A stretch of DNA of 56,491 bases from a virus. Taxonomy: Duplodnaviria; Caudoviricetes. This document shows, one piece after another, positions 18,731 to 29,206 of the stretch (positions within the stretch are counted from its first letter, which is position 1; each line of letters opens with the position of its first letter). Both the position numbers and the translations under genes were made by a program. The stretch lies in the IMG/VR virus record IMGVR_UViG_3300048834_000448, positions 1 to 56,491 of that record. The stretch is one strand, 5' to 3'. The notes beneath the pieces were generated by a model. It was not told the DNA's origin. It saw only the letters and a program-made list of their open reading frames with translations, and searched no databases.

Positions 18731-21700
18731 ATGTCATTCGAGGTGCCCTACCCTGCTTGGTGGATCTGGACAACGCCCGGCATCGAGGCGGTGTTTGACC
18801 ACGCCATCTTCAGCAATCCGAAGGTGCCGATCTTCTTGCGGCTGCGAGCAGATCGAACAGGTGCCCTGACTCAGACATTCCCTCCTTTCGACGACGCCGG
18901 AATCTCCCCGTACAGCGGCACAGGCCAGTACACTGCTCAGACCATCTACGGTGTCGGAGATTCCATCCCTACGATGGAGGCCCGTGCCGCTCTCGCAGGA
19001 GAGTCCCTAGGTAAGCGGACATACGACTGGATCAAGTGCATCCGTGCAGGGTATCCCGACAAGCCTATTTCGCTCTTTTGGCAAAACTTCGGCAATGTGC
19101 AGTCGGACGATGTGACTGACTGGAACAACTCAGTGTCTTTCTTGCGATCGGCCACCGACGCTATGACAGACAACGGGGCTATCGCGACTTCTGCGATCCT
19201 CAACAACCCATTCAGTGCTCAGGCCAGAAACCTGAATCGTATTGTGACTCAAGCCGCAGCAGACTTCCTCGACGCCAACCTGAGCGAAGACGATAAGAAC
19301 GCCGTGGTTCGTCTCCACTTCGATGTGGAACAAGGGTACGCCTTCGGAGGCATCCTCGGAGACGGAGATGACGGGTGGCTTCCCGCCCTCGTGCGAGGGA
19401 CCGCCCATGCGAGCGACATCGCTCGCTACGAGAACGAGGACATCTTTCACGACGGCACTCGTGGCTGGACCCTGAAAGAACTCTACGAGCGAGACTACGA
19501 CGCTCTCATGGCGGAGATTCAGGTCATCCCCGCCGGAGGTACAGGCACCGCCCCCGCTACGGCGGCGATGCTTCTCAATGAAGAGCCCTTCGACGCCACA
19601 GCAGGCATCCAATCCTACTCAAACTCTGTGATCCGTGATTGGGCTCGCCGAAGCATCTACGACCTGACCAGAGCGTACTGCATCGAGTATTCGATCATCC
19701 AACCTCTGAAGGAGGTCTTCCCCAACGCATTGTCGAGCGAATGGGGGGTGTGCCAGTCCGCGCAAGATATCAGTGAGACTACGCTTCGAGACCCTGTTAG
19801 ATACAGCAGCACAGACCGCTACTACGAATCTAACAGATATCAGGCCGACCATCCCCTCGACTACAACAACATCATCCTGTACCTCCCCGATACACACCCT
19901 GTCGGGGATTTCGGCCCGCTCATGCCCGATGTTTATTCGGGCCTATCAGAAACGATCGAAGATTTCCCAGAGGCGATTGTCAGGGCTTGGAGTGAGAATA
20001 CTCGAAGAGCGATCGCCGGGTCTCCTAAGCCGTTCATCCCTTGGGTAGATTTCCCTGGCCGAACCAGAGAGATCTCCACCTTCTCGGGGTCTTCGCTCGG
20101 AGACTACACCCGGACGACCACGGATTGGCTTGCTCAGAACAGGGCACTGCTCAGCCGCGGCGTCACCGAAATCCTGATGTGGAATATCATCAGTGCTTCC
20201 GCAACCGAAGAACAATACTCTACTCTGCTAACTACCGTAGACGCCCTTATCACACAACTTGCGGAAGAGGTGGCCGACGCCACTCAGATGTTCCCGGGCG
20301 ATGCCGTGCCTTCGACCATTCAGCCAAACAACGACGGCGGAGATGCTTGGGCGTTCGCCGAACTCTTCCTGTGTGATTGGTCTTCGTCTGTTCGAGTTTC
20401 GAGGACATACACGACAAACATCACCTCGGCTCGCAGTGCTGCTGAACAGAGATACTCTCTCTTCGACAAACCGATCATGTCGCAAGAGACTACCATCCTC
20501 GCGGGCGGGGGATCTTCCCCTGAGAGGCAGGTCAGTTCTCTCAAGGCAATCGCTCAGCGTCTCACGAAAGCCCGAGGCTATTGGCCCATCTACTCTGACG
20601 AGTTGACCGTGGCCTCCGTCGCGGAGACTGGCGACACGCACATCGAGTTTTCTGGGCTCGGCCTCCGTCGCGTGGAGGCGGGCTCCTACATCGTGGTGCT
20701 TCGCGGATCAGAAGACGAGAACTATTTTCCGCACGACTCTGACTTCCTTGTGATGCAAGTAGTCTCTGTGGCGGGAGATCTCGCCGAAGTGGCTTCTCTG
20801 GGATCTGAGATCCCAGCAGGGACCAAAGCGTACCCCCTGATGCTCTCTCGCGTGGATCTCTCGGTCGGCGGGCAGGCGTTCACCGACGCTCTGATCGAGA
20901 TGAAGGTGCAACTCTCCGAGCAGCCGGGCGATATGCAAACGCGGACGATGGCCGATGCAAACACGGTCCCTTCTGGCGTACAAACCGGCCTATTCGGGCT
21001 CCCGATCTTCGTCCCTGCCCTTGCCGCCAACGAGAACTGGACATGGGGCTTCGTGCGCCGCGGCGAATCCTCGACCACAGGCATCACGAGCGAGACGGAG
21101 ACCTACGGCTCTCGCGGCCTCTACACCTCTTCATTCTTGAACCGCTCGCTCACCCGCGAGGATGCGTTTGCTCTCATCCGCTTCTTTGACTCTCGCCGAG
21201 GCCGGGCATTTCCCTTCTGGTATCTCGACCCACTGAGCGAGTACCGCGCTTGGACCGGCGTGACCTCCGGCACGAGCATCATGGCCCGCGTCGGCGGCAT
21301 CAAGGCCGACAACGACCTGAAGCCGTACCTCTACATCACCAAGACAGACGGCACGACACTCATTGCCGATGTCTCCTCGTACACGCTTGTAGAAGATGAC
21401 CTCTTCACGATCGCCTTCGATGATATCGGAGAGTCCCCCGCCGCAGATGAGATCACCAAGATCGGCGTGGCGTACCTGTCCCGCTTCGACTCTGACACGC
21501 TCACCGAGCAGTGGGCTACGACAGAGATCATGGACGCCTCGATCTCAGTGGTCGAACTGGAAAACGAGAAGAACCTGACCATCCAGTACATCGACGCGGG
21601 CGAGACGATGGATCTGCTGACACAGTGGACGGCGGGAAGTTGCTTTGCCCCCGAAGAGCCCATCCCCGAGGGCATCTACTGTGGCCCCGAGTATTCCTCG

Positions 21701-22924
21701 CCCCTGTCCCCCGAACTGTGGCGGTATGTGCCTGATAGCGGGGTCTGGGAAGATCTCTCCGGCCTCATCACTACGGGAGTGTCTTTCTACGATCCTTGGG
21801 TTCGTGCCTTCAACATGAGCCGCTTCGACGACAAGGCCATCTACCTTTGCGGCAATGTGAAGCGAATCGGCAAGGGCGGTGATCTCTGCGAAATCATCCG
21901 CTTGTCGAGTTCGGGTATGCAGTTGCTTGGCATGAACTCCTCCACGATCTGCAACAACCCCTACGCTCCCGACTACCCCGGGCTGGTCCACTGTCTTCAG
22001 GTTCATGGCAGCGAGTGGTACGCGGCCATGTCCTTCACCATCGGGGTGCCTGCCGATTTCACTAACCGAATCGTCATCTTCAGACTCAATGAGGAAGACA
22101 ATTGGGAAGTATTCGCTACATCGGATGTTCTGAATGCCGTCACCCCCCTGAGGTTCCGTTCCAAGGAGGACACAGACAACCTCTATCTATGCTGCGATAA
22201 CGCCCTCTATGAGGTCTCCTCCGGCACCTTCGTTGACATGGGGTTCGAGTTCGAGGTCAACGATCTCATCCCCTACATGACGAATGACGAACTCTGGATG
22301 ACTGGTGCTGTGCCAGACGGATCAGGATCGAACTACGGCGGAGGCGTCGGCCTCATCGACGGAGTGGGCATGTTGTCTCAGCGAGGCGGGGGGTTCTTCA
22401 ACAACCTCGCCACTACAGATGCTAATGTTAGACCTCTGATCGCATATCCGTCCGGCTCGTATACTGTAGGCCCTTCTCTCTACTACAACGGTGCTTACTA
22501 TGTCTGTGCTAAGAGCGGGCATGTGTTCTACCCGAATGACACTGCCTTGGTTGCATACCTGACAGACTACGCGGGCACTCTACCCAACGGCACAGGCAAC
22601 GCCACGCTCGGCACTTTCTCAGGCGGTCGCGACTGGACCCAATCGCAGGTCTTTCCAGCAGACACAGTATCTAACTCATACCCGCAAGACATGTGCGAGT
22701 ACAAGGGAAAGATGTTCGTGTGTGGCAAGTTCAGAAAGATCAGGTCCGCCACAAACAACGCCGAGCACTTCGCCTGTAACAACAGCGAGTCCATCGACCG
22801 CGATGCGGTCTGGGCACCTGTGGCCGGTGCCCCCTCCTTCAGGAACAATATGGCCTTCTGCTGTGCGTATACTCACGACTGGACTGCCTGCACCAACACG
22901 CACGATAGGGGCCACCTCGCATGA
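18731..22924 (+). CDS. Large multidomain tail-tip protein (distal-tail-like core with N- and C-terminal extra domains)
   Basis: Follows TMP; FFDSRRGRAFPFWY and SRFDSDTL resemble DUF2460/GTA Dit motifs. Confidence 0.65.
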   Translation: MSFEVPYPAWWIWTTPGIEAVFDHAIFSNPKVPIFLRLRADRTGALTQTFPPFDDAGISPYSGTGQYTAQTIYGVGDSIPTMEARAALAGESLGKRTYDWIKCIRAGYPDKPISLFWQNFGNVQSDDVTDWNNSVSFLRSATDAMTDNGAIATSAILNNPFSAQARNLNRIVTQAAADFLDANLSEDDKNAVVRLHFDVEQGYAFGGILGDGDDGWLPALVRGTAHASDIARYENEDIFHDGTRGWTLKELYERDYDALMAEIQVIPAGGTGTAPATAAMLLNEEPFDATAGIQSYSNSVIRDWARRSIYDLTRAYCIEYSIIQPLKEVFPNALSSEWGVCQSAQDISETTLRDPVRYSSTDRYYESNRYQADHPLDYNNIILYLPDTHPVGDFGPLMPDVYSGLSETIEDFPEAIVRAWSENTRRAIAGSPKPFIPWVDFPGRTREISTFSGSSLGDYTRTTTDWLAQNRALLSRGVTEILMWNIISASATEEQYSTLLTTVDALITQLAEEVADATQMFPGDAVPSTIQPNNDGGDAWAFAELFLCDWSSSVRVSRTYTTNITSARSAAEQRYSLFDKPIMSQETTILAGGGSSPERQVSSLKAIAQRLTKARGYWPIYSDELTVASVAETGDTHIEFSGLGLRRVEAGSYIVVLRGSEDENYFPHDSDFLVMQVVSVAGDLAEVASLGSEIPAGTKAYPLMLSRVDLSVGGQAFTDALIEMKVQLSEQPGDMQTRTMADANTVPSGVQTGLFGLPIFVPALAANENWTWGFVRRGESSTTGITSETETYGSRGLYTSSFLNRSLTREDAFALIRFFDSRRGRAFPFWYLDPLSEYRAWTGVTSGTSIMARVGGIKADNDLKPYLYITKTDGTTLIADVSSYTLVEDDLFTIAFDDIGESPAADEITKIGVAYLSRFDSDTLTEQWATTEIMDASISVVELENEKNLTIQYIDAGETMDLLTQWTAGSCFAPEEPIPEGIYCGPEYSSPLSPELWRYVPDSGVWEDLSGLITTGVSFYDPWVRAFNMSRFDDKAIYLCGNVKRIGKGGDLCEIIRLSSSGMQLLGMNSSTICNNPYAPDYPGLVHCLQVHGSEWYAAMSFTIGVPADFTNRIVIFRLNEEDNWEVFATSDVLNAVTPLRFRSKEDTDNLYLCCDNALYEVSSGTFVDMGFEFEVNDLIPYMTNDELWMTGAVPDGSGSNYGGGVGLIDGVGMLSQRGGGFFNNLATTDANVRPLIAYPSGSYTVGPSLYYNGAYYVCAKSGHVFYPNDTALVAYLTDYAGTLPNGTGNATLGTFSGGRDWTQSQVFPADTVSNSYPQDMCEYKGKMFVCGKFRKIRSATNNAEHFACNNSESIDRDAVWAPVAGAPSFRNNMAFCCAYTHDWTACTNTHDRGHLA

Positions 22925-23799
22925 GTCAGAGCACGCTTCAGACCGCCGCCGCAGCCCAATTCACCCAGTTGGTGGAGTTCACATGGGGAGAATCCAATGT
23001 CTCTCGCTACTGCCGCTGGAACACGGCACTGACCATCGACTCGCTCGTGTACTCGCCGGACCCCCTCCTGACCTTCAAGACCCTCAAGGCCCTCGACGGC
23101 GGCACGAGCGAGACGGACGGCGAGTTGGCGATGTCCTCCAAGAAGCAGCCGCTCGCCAATGCCGTGCGGCCCTTCCGCCATGCCAAGATCACGGTGAGAG
23201 TTTACGAGTACGCCCCGCTCGAAGGGCTGGCCTCGAAGCGACTGATCTATGTCGGCAAGGTCGGCAAGGTGAGGGCGAAGCGTCGGGCTTCAGGCACGCT
23301 TATCAAGGCGACTATCAAGGGCATCAAGACCGAGTTGAATGTCCGCCGCGTCGGCCTCCAATGCACTTCAACTTGCCAGAACATTTTCGGCGACTCAGAC
23401 TGCGGATTTGACCTTGCAGCGAACACCATCGCTGGAACGGTCAGTGCGTTGAATGTCGATGGCATCAACACAAGAATCGCCATTGACTTCGCAGACTCGC
23501 CCAATCTCGGCAACGACCGCTTCGCTCGCGGCGTGGTGCGAGTGGACGGGCTGAGTCTCACGATCCGCCAGGTGTTCAGCGAAGGCACGAACCCCGATCC
23601 CACTGCCGTCATCGACCTGAAGGATGTTCCTCCTCCCGAGTGGGAAGGTGCCGCGTGCGCGTTCGTGCCAGGCTGTCGCCTTCGCCTCGAAGATTGCCGC
23701 GAAGCGTTCAGAGACAGGGAATCTCAGTTCCTCGCACTCGGGTACGCGATGGTCCCGTACAACCCCAACTTCTACGATGCCCCGGGCGGTGATGCTTGA
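22921..23799 (+). CDS. Tail hub protein (DUF2163/BR0599-like)
   Basis: CQNIFGDSDCG and PGC...DC cysteine pattern; synteny. Confidence 0.75.
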   Translation: MSQSTLQTAAAAQFTQLVEFTWGESNVSRYCRWNTALTIDSLVYSPDPLLTFKTLKALDGGTSETDGELAMSSKKQPLANAVRPFRHAKITVRVYEYAPLEGLASKRLIYVGKVGKVRAKRRASGTLIKATIKGIKTELNVRRVGLQCTSTCQNIFGDSDCGFDLAANTIAGTVSALNVDGINTRIAIDFADSPNLGNDRFARGVVRVDGLSLTIRQVFSEGTNPDPTAVIDLKDVPPPEWEGAACAFVPGCRLRLEDCREAFRDRESQFLALGYAMVPYNPNFYDAPGGDA

Positions 23800-24308
23800 C
23801 TCGCTTCAAGACCGAGCAGTTCAAGTGGTACTCGCTTCCTGCGGAGATCGAGAAGAGGATCAATATCTTCGCCGACTACTGGCGAGGGACGCCGTACATG
23901 CCGGGCGTTCGCGTCAAAGGCGTCGGGGTCGATTGCGCCCAACTCGTGCCCTCATTCTTGGACTTCATGTACCAGAACGAGGGAGAGACGCCCATTCCCC
24001 GCATGTCGGGCGATGTAGGCGTCCACAACCACCGGGCGGCGTGGGGCACCGTCAAGGCGGTGCGTCTGGGCTACCCGTCCTTCGTGGTCAGGGACAACAC
24101 GATCGAGCCCGGCGACATCATCATCACCCGCTCCACGGCTGACTGGGAAGGGCCTGCCCGCCACGGGCACGCTATGATCGCCATGCCCATGCACGGGACG
24201 GCGTTGCACGCGATCCCGCTGGGCGGAGTGACCGTCACCAGCCTCGCCGTGACCCGGGGAGGGATCGTTCGAGTGTACCGCCTGAAGGAGAAGCACAGAT
24301 GGGCCTAG
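23796..24308 (+). CDS. NlpC/P60 tail-associated peptidase
   Basis: WRGTPY...KGVGVDC, PGDII, HGH...LHA. Confidence 0.88.
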   Translation: MTRFKTEQFKWYSLPAEIEKRINIFADYWRGTPYMPGVRVKGVGVDCAQLVPSFLDFMYQNEGETPIPRMSGDVGVHNHRAAWGTVKAVRLGYPSFVVRDNTIEPGDIIITRSTADWEGPARHGHAMIAMPMHGTALHAIPLGGVTVTSLAVTRGGIVRVYRLKEKHRWA

Positions 24309-26578
24309 TCGTCGGCGCAGCCATCGCAATCGGCCTGCTGTTCCTCTCACGCCTCCTGTACAAGCCCCCGAAGGGCAACACAGGCGGGCTCGGGGAGGAT
24401 CAACCTCCCTCGATCTCCACCCGTGGTGCGTGGATCGGCCTTCACTTCGGCATCGTCAAGAGCGAGCGAGTCGTCATCGGCTGGACGGGCGCACGCGAGG
24501 TCCGCAAGGAGAGCGTCCCGGGAGGCGGAGGCGGCAAGGGCGGAGGCGGCTCTGCTCCCAAGCAGGATGTCTACTACGAAGAAACTGTGCATTGGCTCGG
24601 CATCGGTCCCGCGAGATCGTTGCACGAAATCCGAATGAACGGCAAAATCATCTGGCAAGGGCCGATCTTCGCTGACGACACTCCCTCCGGCACCGAGATC
24701 ACCATCGGCACCGAAGGCACCTTCGTCATCTACTGGGGCGAGGCGGATCAGCCCGTCAACACATACCTCGCGACGACCGACAAACTCGGCTTCGCCAGCA
24801 GACACCCCCGCATCGCCTACATCATGTGGAAGCCTCTCCGCTACGGAACATCTCCTACCCAGCCTCAGATGGAGTATGTGGTGGGTTGGAGTTGTGCCGG
24901 TTCTTCGTTGCAAGAGTCCGACTATCTGCTCGATGACGGCACTACTTCCGGCGTCAATCCTGCCCACATCCTCCACGCCCTCGCCAATGGCGGCAAGTTC
25001 GTCGGTGCGGGTCTGGCCTTGAACGAGATCGACAACGACTCCCTCGAAGCCCTCGGGGCCTTGATGCAAGCCGAACACCTTCCCGCCAACTTCAGCATCG
25101 AGGAAGGCCCCGAAGTCGCCCGAGCGTTCCAGCAAGTCTTGCAGGACTGCGGCGTGATGATGCCCGTGAGCGATGGTCGCTTGTTTTTCATCCCTCAGCG
25201 GTACGACGCCGATGCGGATGTGCCCGTGCTCGGCGACGATGTGATCCTCCCTCCCGACATCGAGCAGGAGAACGACCACTACCCCGTTGGCGTCACCCGC
25301 CCTGTGTTCACCTTCAAGGACGAGCAGGGCTTCAACTACCGCGAGCAGGACATCTCACTGAACGATTCGGGGCAGGAGACCGACCTTGGCCTCTCGACCT
25401 CCGAGCGAGTGCTTCTGACGACCTTCACCGCCCTGTCCGTGGCGTCCAAGGCGGCGAGGCGTCGCTGGCAGGAAACCTCGGTCATCGGGGAATACAAACT
25501 CAACGCCACTCGCGGGGCACGCCTGCTCCTGCCAGGGCAGCCGTTCATCCGCGAGGGCCTCGGGCAGTTCCGCGTGATCGGCATCAAGTCGTCCGATGAA
25601 GGGCCTGAGACCGAGATCGACTGTGTGCTCGATGTCTACGCCCTCCCAGACATCGAAGACGCTCTCTCTGGCGTCGGCGGGGGCGGGGTGGTATTGGCGG
25701 CGGCAGAGGACATCGCCTTCGACTTCTTCGAGATCCCGCCCGAACTTCAGACCGGCGCGACCGTCGAGGTCGGCGTCTTCCGTCTGCGGGCGCACAACCA
25801 GATCTTCTCGGCGAGCATCTACCTCTCGACCAACAACACGACCTACACACAGGTCGCCGACCAGACCCACTCGCAGGGCGGCCTGATCGAGGAGGATCTG
25901 ACCGACCTCACCGAAGATGTCATCGTGGATGGCCCTCGCTTCGAGCCTGAGAACGACGACATGGAACAGGCCCTCGACCTGTCCTCCGACACGACGGCGT
26001 GGCAGAGCGGCAAGCAGGTGGCCATGCTGAAGAACTCCACGGGCGTGAAGGAGTTATTCTTCGTTCAGCGGTTCACGCCCATCGACGAGGACGACTGGCT
26101 GGCGTCCACGGGGTACTCTGACGGCGATGTTGTGCGTCCGACCGGGGCCTCGGGCCTTCGCTTCATCGCGACCACGACGGGCTCCTCGGCAGGTACAGAG
26201 CCCGACTGGCCCACGGAGGTGGGCGAGACCGTTATCGACGGCGGGATCATCTGGGAGGCCCACCGCTTCTCGTACCGCCCGCAGAACATGATCCGCGCCC
26301 GCTACAACTCCGAGAAGACCTACTTCGACGAGGGCGATCGCCTCTTCATTGCTGACGCGGACGACATTTCCCCGCTCACGATCGACGGGCTTGGCCCGGG
26401 GCAGACATTGTATGTCAAGACCGCCCCCAGAACTTCGTCTTCCCAGATTGATGTGGCTACAGTCACCCCTGTCAGCGGCATGATCTTCGGCGACCCGCTC
26501 GACACGAATGTGTATCGCGTGACCGATGATGGGAATGTCCGCAGCACTGACACAGGCAACACCAGAATCGCAGACTGA
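24299..26578 (+). CDS. Tail tip/host-specificity protein
   Basis: GGGGKGGG, YWGEADQ and VNPAHIL motifs; C-terminal WLASTGYSDGDVVRP...EPDWPT module. Confidence 0.75.
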   Translation: MGLVVGAAIAIGLLFLSRLLYKPPKGNTGGLGEDQPPSISTRGAWIGLHFGIVKSERVVIGWTGAREVRKESVPGGGGGKGGGGSAPKQDVYYEETVHWLGIGPARSLHEIRMNGKIIWQGPIFADDTPSGTEITIGTEGTFVIYWGEADQPVNTYLATTDKLGFASRHPRIAYIMWKPLRYGTSPTQPQMEYVVGWSCAGSSLQESDYLLDDGTTSGVNPAHILHALANGGKFVGAGLALNEIDNDSLEALGALMQAEHLPANFSIEEGPEVARAFQQVLQDCGVMMPVSDGRLFFIPQRYDADADVPVLGDDVILPPDIEQENDHYPVGVTRPVFTFKDEQGFNYREQDISLNDSGQETDLGLSTSERVLLTTFTALSVASKAARRRWQETSVIGEYKLNATRGARLLLPGQPFIREGLGQFRVIGIKSSDEGPETEIDCVLDVYALPDIEDALSGVGGGGVVLAAAEDIAFDFFEIPPELQTGATVEVGVFRLRAHNQIFSASIYLSTNNTTYTQVADQTHSQGGLIEEDLTDLTEDVIVDGPRFEPENDDMEQALDLSSDTTAWQSGKQVAMLKNSTGVKELFFVQRFTPIDEDDWLASTGYSDGDVVRPTGASGLRFIATTTGSSAGTEPDWPTEVGETVIDGGIIWEAHRFSYRPQNMIRARYNSEKTYFDEGDRLFIADADDISPLTIDGLGPGQTLYVKTAPRTSSSQIDVATVTPVSGMIFGDPLDTNVYRVTDDGNVRSTDTGNTRIAD

Positions 26579-26586
26579 GGAATCAA

Positions 26587-26892
26587 ATGGCACTGAACAG
26601 AATCTCTGACATGACCGCGATCGGATCTTCCCTGCGAAGCAACTCGCTGGTGGAGATCTCCCTTGACGGTGCCGGTTCCCGAAAGGCGACTGTCGCCGAG
26701 ATCCTCGCCGGTCTCGGGATCGCTACATCGACAGTCGCCGGTCTCGGGGCCGCTACCACCGCGAACATCTTCAAGTACGCCACCGATGGCCGCAAGAGCG
26801 GCGAAGGTGTCGGCGTCGGCACCGGCGTGATGGTTCGATCCACTGGATCGGTTTGGCAGACTCTCGATGCGGCCACCACGGTCGCGGCCTGA
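26587..26892 (+). CDS. Small hypothetical (virion-associated?) protein
   Basis: SD GAGG; codon bias. Confidence 0.6.
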   Translation: MALNRISDMTAIGSSLRSNSLVEISLDGAGSRKATVAEILAGLGIATSTVAGLGAATTANIFKYATDGRKSGEGVGVGTGVMVRSTGSVWQTLDAATTVAA

Positions 26893-26910
26893 TTCGATTG
26901 TCTGCTCCGC

Positions 26911-26950
26911 CCCTCGTCGCCCATGTTTGCGGTGGCGAGGGGTTTTTCTT
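26911..26950 (+). terminator. Intrinsic terminator
   Basis: CCCTCGTCGCC...GGTGGCGAGGG followed by TTTTTCTT. Confidence 0.7.
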
Positions 26951-26994
26951 CTGCCTAGAATGGCATCACGCAACACCCTTACAAGGAGCCTCAA

Positions 26995-27267
26995 ATGAGC
27001 AGCACAACTCTGTATCTCTGGGATCGAACCAAGCAGAAGGCCGGTTCTGCCTTCACGCTCGACCGCTCGAAGATCCGTCAGAACAAAAACGGCAACCCCG
27101 ACATCCGCCTCCGCTACAACAAGCAGGGCGCGGCCAATGTCGAGGGCACCGTCGTCACGATGCAGGACGGCACCGAGTTCACGCTGGCGAACAACCCCGC
27201 CGAAGTCCGCCGCGCCCTCGGCGTGGTCGAGGCCGAGCCCAAAGGCTCAGCCGCCAAGCCCGTCTGA
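26995..27267 (+). CDS. Small hypothetical protein, probably highly expressed
   Basis: SD AAGGAG; strong codon bias; terminators on both sides. Confidence 0.7.
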   Translation: MSSTTLYLWDRTKQKAGSAFTLDRSKIRQNKNGNPDIRLRYNKQGAANVEGTVVTMQDGTEFTLANNPAEVRRALGVVEAEPKGSAAKPV

Positions 27268-27498
27268 TCCCTCGGGACGAGAGAGAAGAGACCCTACCGA
27301 GGTGGGGTCTTTTTTCATGCGCTCGGCGATCGCCTTGGCCCCGCCGCCGTGAGATCCATCGTCGTAGACCACGAGCACCACCGAGGTGCAGATCCCCTTG
27401 CAGGCGGCGCATTTCCTTCGCTGGGAAACACACCCTGGACCCGCCTGATAGGTGTGGGTGACTTTCAAGAACGGCTTCTTGCAGTTGGGGCATTCCAT
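27247..27498 (-). CDS. Zinc-ribbon protein (NrdR N-terminal/Ogr-Delta-like)
   Basis: MECPNC...RRKCAAC; SD GAGG. Confidence 0.65.
   Translation of the reverse strand: MECPNCKKPFLKVTHTYQAGPGCVSQRRKCAACKGICTSVVLVVYDDGSHGGGAKAIAERMKKDPTSVGSLLSRPEGSDGLGG
27286..27316 (+). terminator. Terminator at the convergence of the + and - late blocks
   Basis: AAGAGACCCTAC-CGAG-GTGGGGTCTTTTTTT. Confidence 0.7.
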
Positions 27499-27500
27499 CG

Positions 27501-28925
27501 TCAGTTCCTCGTCGCGATCTTAGCGTTGGCGGGCACCCCATCATAGAACGCCAGAACGCACCCGTCCGCTCGGTCAGGCGACTCGAACCCTCTTTTTGTG
27601 TAGTCGTCTTTTGACTCAAGAATCAACTTGCCCTTGAGGTTCGTGTAGTATTGTCTCGTAGAGAGTTGTTGAAGCAGTAGCCTGTCCTTGGGAATGTAGC
27701 AATGTTGCTTCTTTACTCGCTTGGCCATGTTGAACCACGCCTGCGAGATCCTGTTGGCGAAGCCCATCTCCGACGACGCTCCCTGCGAGTGGAACTCCAA
27801 CACCCGCTTGCCGCCCGTGTAGAAGTGCCTCATCATGGCCTGACCCATACCGCCCGCGTCCGCAACGAAGGTGGTCTCGGTGTTGCCCCAGCCCGCGTCC
27901 TCCTGCATCCTGAACGCCATGTCGAGGGCGTCGTTGGGGTCGATGCGAGCGCGGCAGAAGTGCTCTACGATCGCAGCACCTTGACGGCGGAAGATGGCGT
28001 TCTCATCGCCGCCGAAGCGGGCGAAGTCGATGCCGAACTGGCGGATGGTCTTGCCTTCGGGATGCACACGGGTCATCGGCACGAGCAGTTTCTTGTCGGT
28101 GCATCGTTCGAGATCCTCGGATGACATCACACAGTTCGGGTCAGAGTGCGGGAACTCGCCCTGCACGCGCACGCGATAGACATCGCTCTCCCTGCCGAAC
28201 TCCTCCTCGATCTCCTTGTTTCTCGCAGGGTCGAACCACTCGGAGCGAGGCGTGTCTTCGGCGTTCCATGTGAAGCACTCCCACTTGTGACGCTGGGAGT
28301 TGAAGCAGTCGAAGAAGGGGCTGTCGCGAGCGTTGGGGTTGCCGATCTGAAGGAACACCGCGCCGGGGTTCGAGAGCGTGCCTCGGTACTGCTCGTAGAT
28401 CGGTCGCGAGATGCCGGACGCTTCCTCGAAGAACACATGCATGTTCTTGTTGTGCTGGCCCTGCGCGTTCTCGGGCTTCGTCGCGGTGTTCAGCAGGCAG
28501 CCCCAGTCGCGGGCGTGCTGCCCACACACCCCGAAGCCCATGCCTGTGACCTCGAAGATCCTGGCGATGCTGGGATCGGCTCCTCGCAGGGTGCGGTTGA
28601 TCTCGGCCAGCCAGACATCGCGGCACTGCTTCATCGTCGGGGCGGTGAGCACGACCTTGGAATAAGGCGACTCGATGGAGAGCCACAGGGCCGCCCAGCC
28701 CGAGGCGGTGGTCTTCCCCGGCCCCTGACCCGATTTGACCGCGATCCTCGGCGAGCCCTTGCCCTGACGGGCCAACTGGACAGCAAGGAGCAACTCACGC
28801 TGCTGCTCCGTGGGCTCTACATTCAGGGCCTTGCAGAACTCGAAGATGTCAGCGGAGATCCTTCCGTAGAGTTCGGAGAATTGTCTGGCGTTTCTCTTCA
28901 TCTTCCGGTCTGGGACGCTCTCCAC
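27501..28925 (-). CDS. terL: Terminase large subunit
   Basis: SGQGPGKT Walker A, FFEEASG Walker B, GNP, GIDFARFGGD and SPDRADG motifs; start could be 28901. Confidence 0.93.
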   Translation of the reverse strand: MESVPDRKMKRNARQFSELYGRISADIFEFCKALNVEPTEQQRELLLAVQLARQGKGSPRIAVKSGQGPGKTTASGWAALWLSIESPYSKVVLTAPTMKQCRDVWLAEINRTLRGADPSIARIFEVTGMGFGVCGQHARDWGCLLNTATKPENAQGQHNKNMHVFFEEASGISRPIYEQYRGTLSNPGAVFLQIGNPNARDSPFFDCFNSQRHKWECFTWNAEDTPRSEWFDPARNKEIEEEFGRESDVYRVRVQGEFPHSDPNCVMSSEDLERCTDKKLLVPMTRVHPEGKTIRQFGIDFARFGGDENAIFRRQGAAIVEHFCRARIDPNDALDMAFRMQEDAGWGNTETTFVADAGGMGQAMMRHFYTGGKRVLEFHSQGASSEMGFANRISQAWFNMAKRVKKQHCYIPKDRLLLQQLSTRQYYTNLKGKLILESKDDYTKRGFESPDRADGCVLAFYDGVPANAKIATRN

Positions 28926-29206
28926 AGTTCAAGAGATGTGATGTCCTCTTGGAGTTCCTTTCGCTCTTCCTTGCTTATGAGAATCTCTTGCTTGAGATCT
29001 TGCACCACAGACTCTCGCTGCTCGCTGAGCGCGACCGCGAGGGAGAGGTTGTTGACGGAGACGCTCAGAGAGCCCATCTGCTCTCGCAAGTCACTGTAGG
29101 TGGCCGCCGCAATCGCAAGCATGACAGTGACCACGAGGGACAAGGCCCAACTGATGGATCTGTCGATGCGAGGGTCTCTGAAAATGCGAGTCTTTTCATC
29201 AGCCAT
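28898..29206 (-). CDS. Single-TM coiled-coil protein (holin-like?)
   Basis: ISWALSLVVTVMLAIAAA followed by a heptad-rich tail. Confidence 0.5.
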   Translation of the reverse strand: MADEKTRIFRDPRIDRSISWALSLVVTVMLAIAAATYSDLREQMGSLSVSVNNLSLAVALSEQRESVVQDLKQEILISKEERKELQEDITSLELWRASQTGR

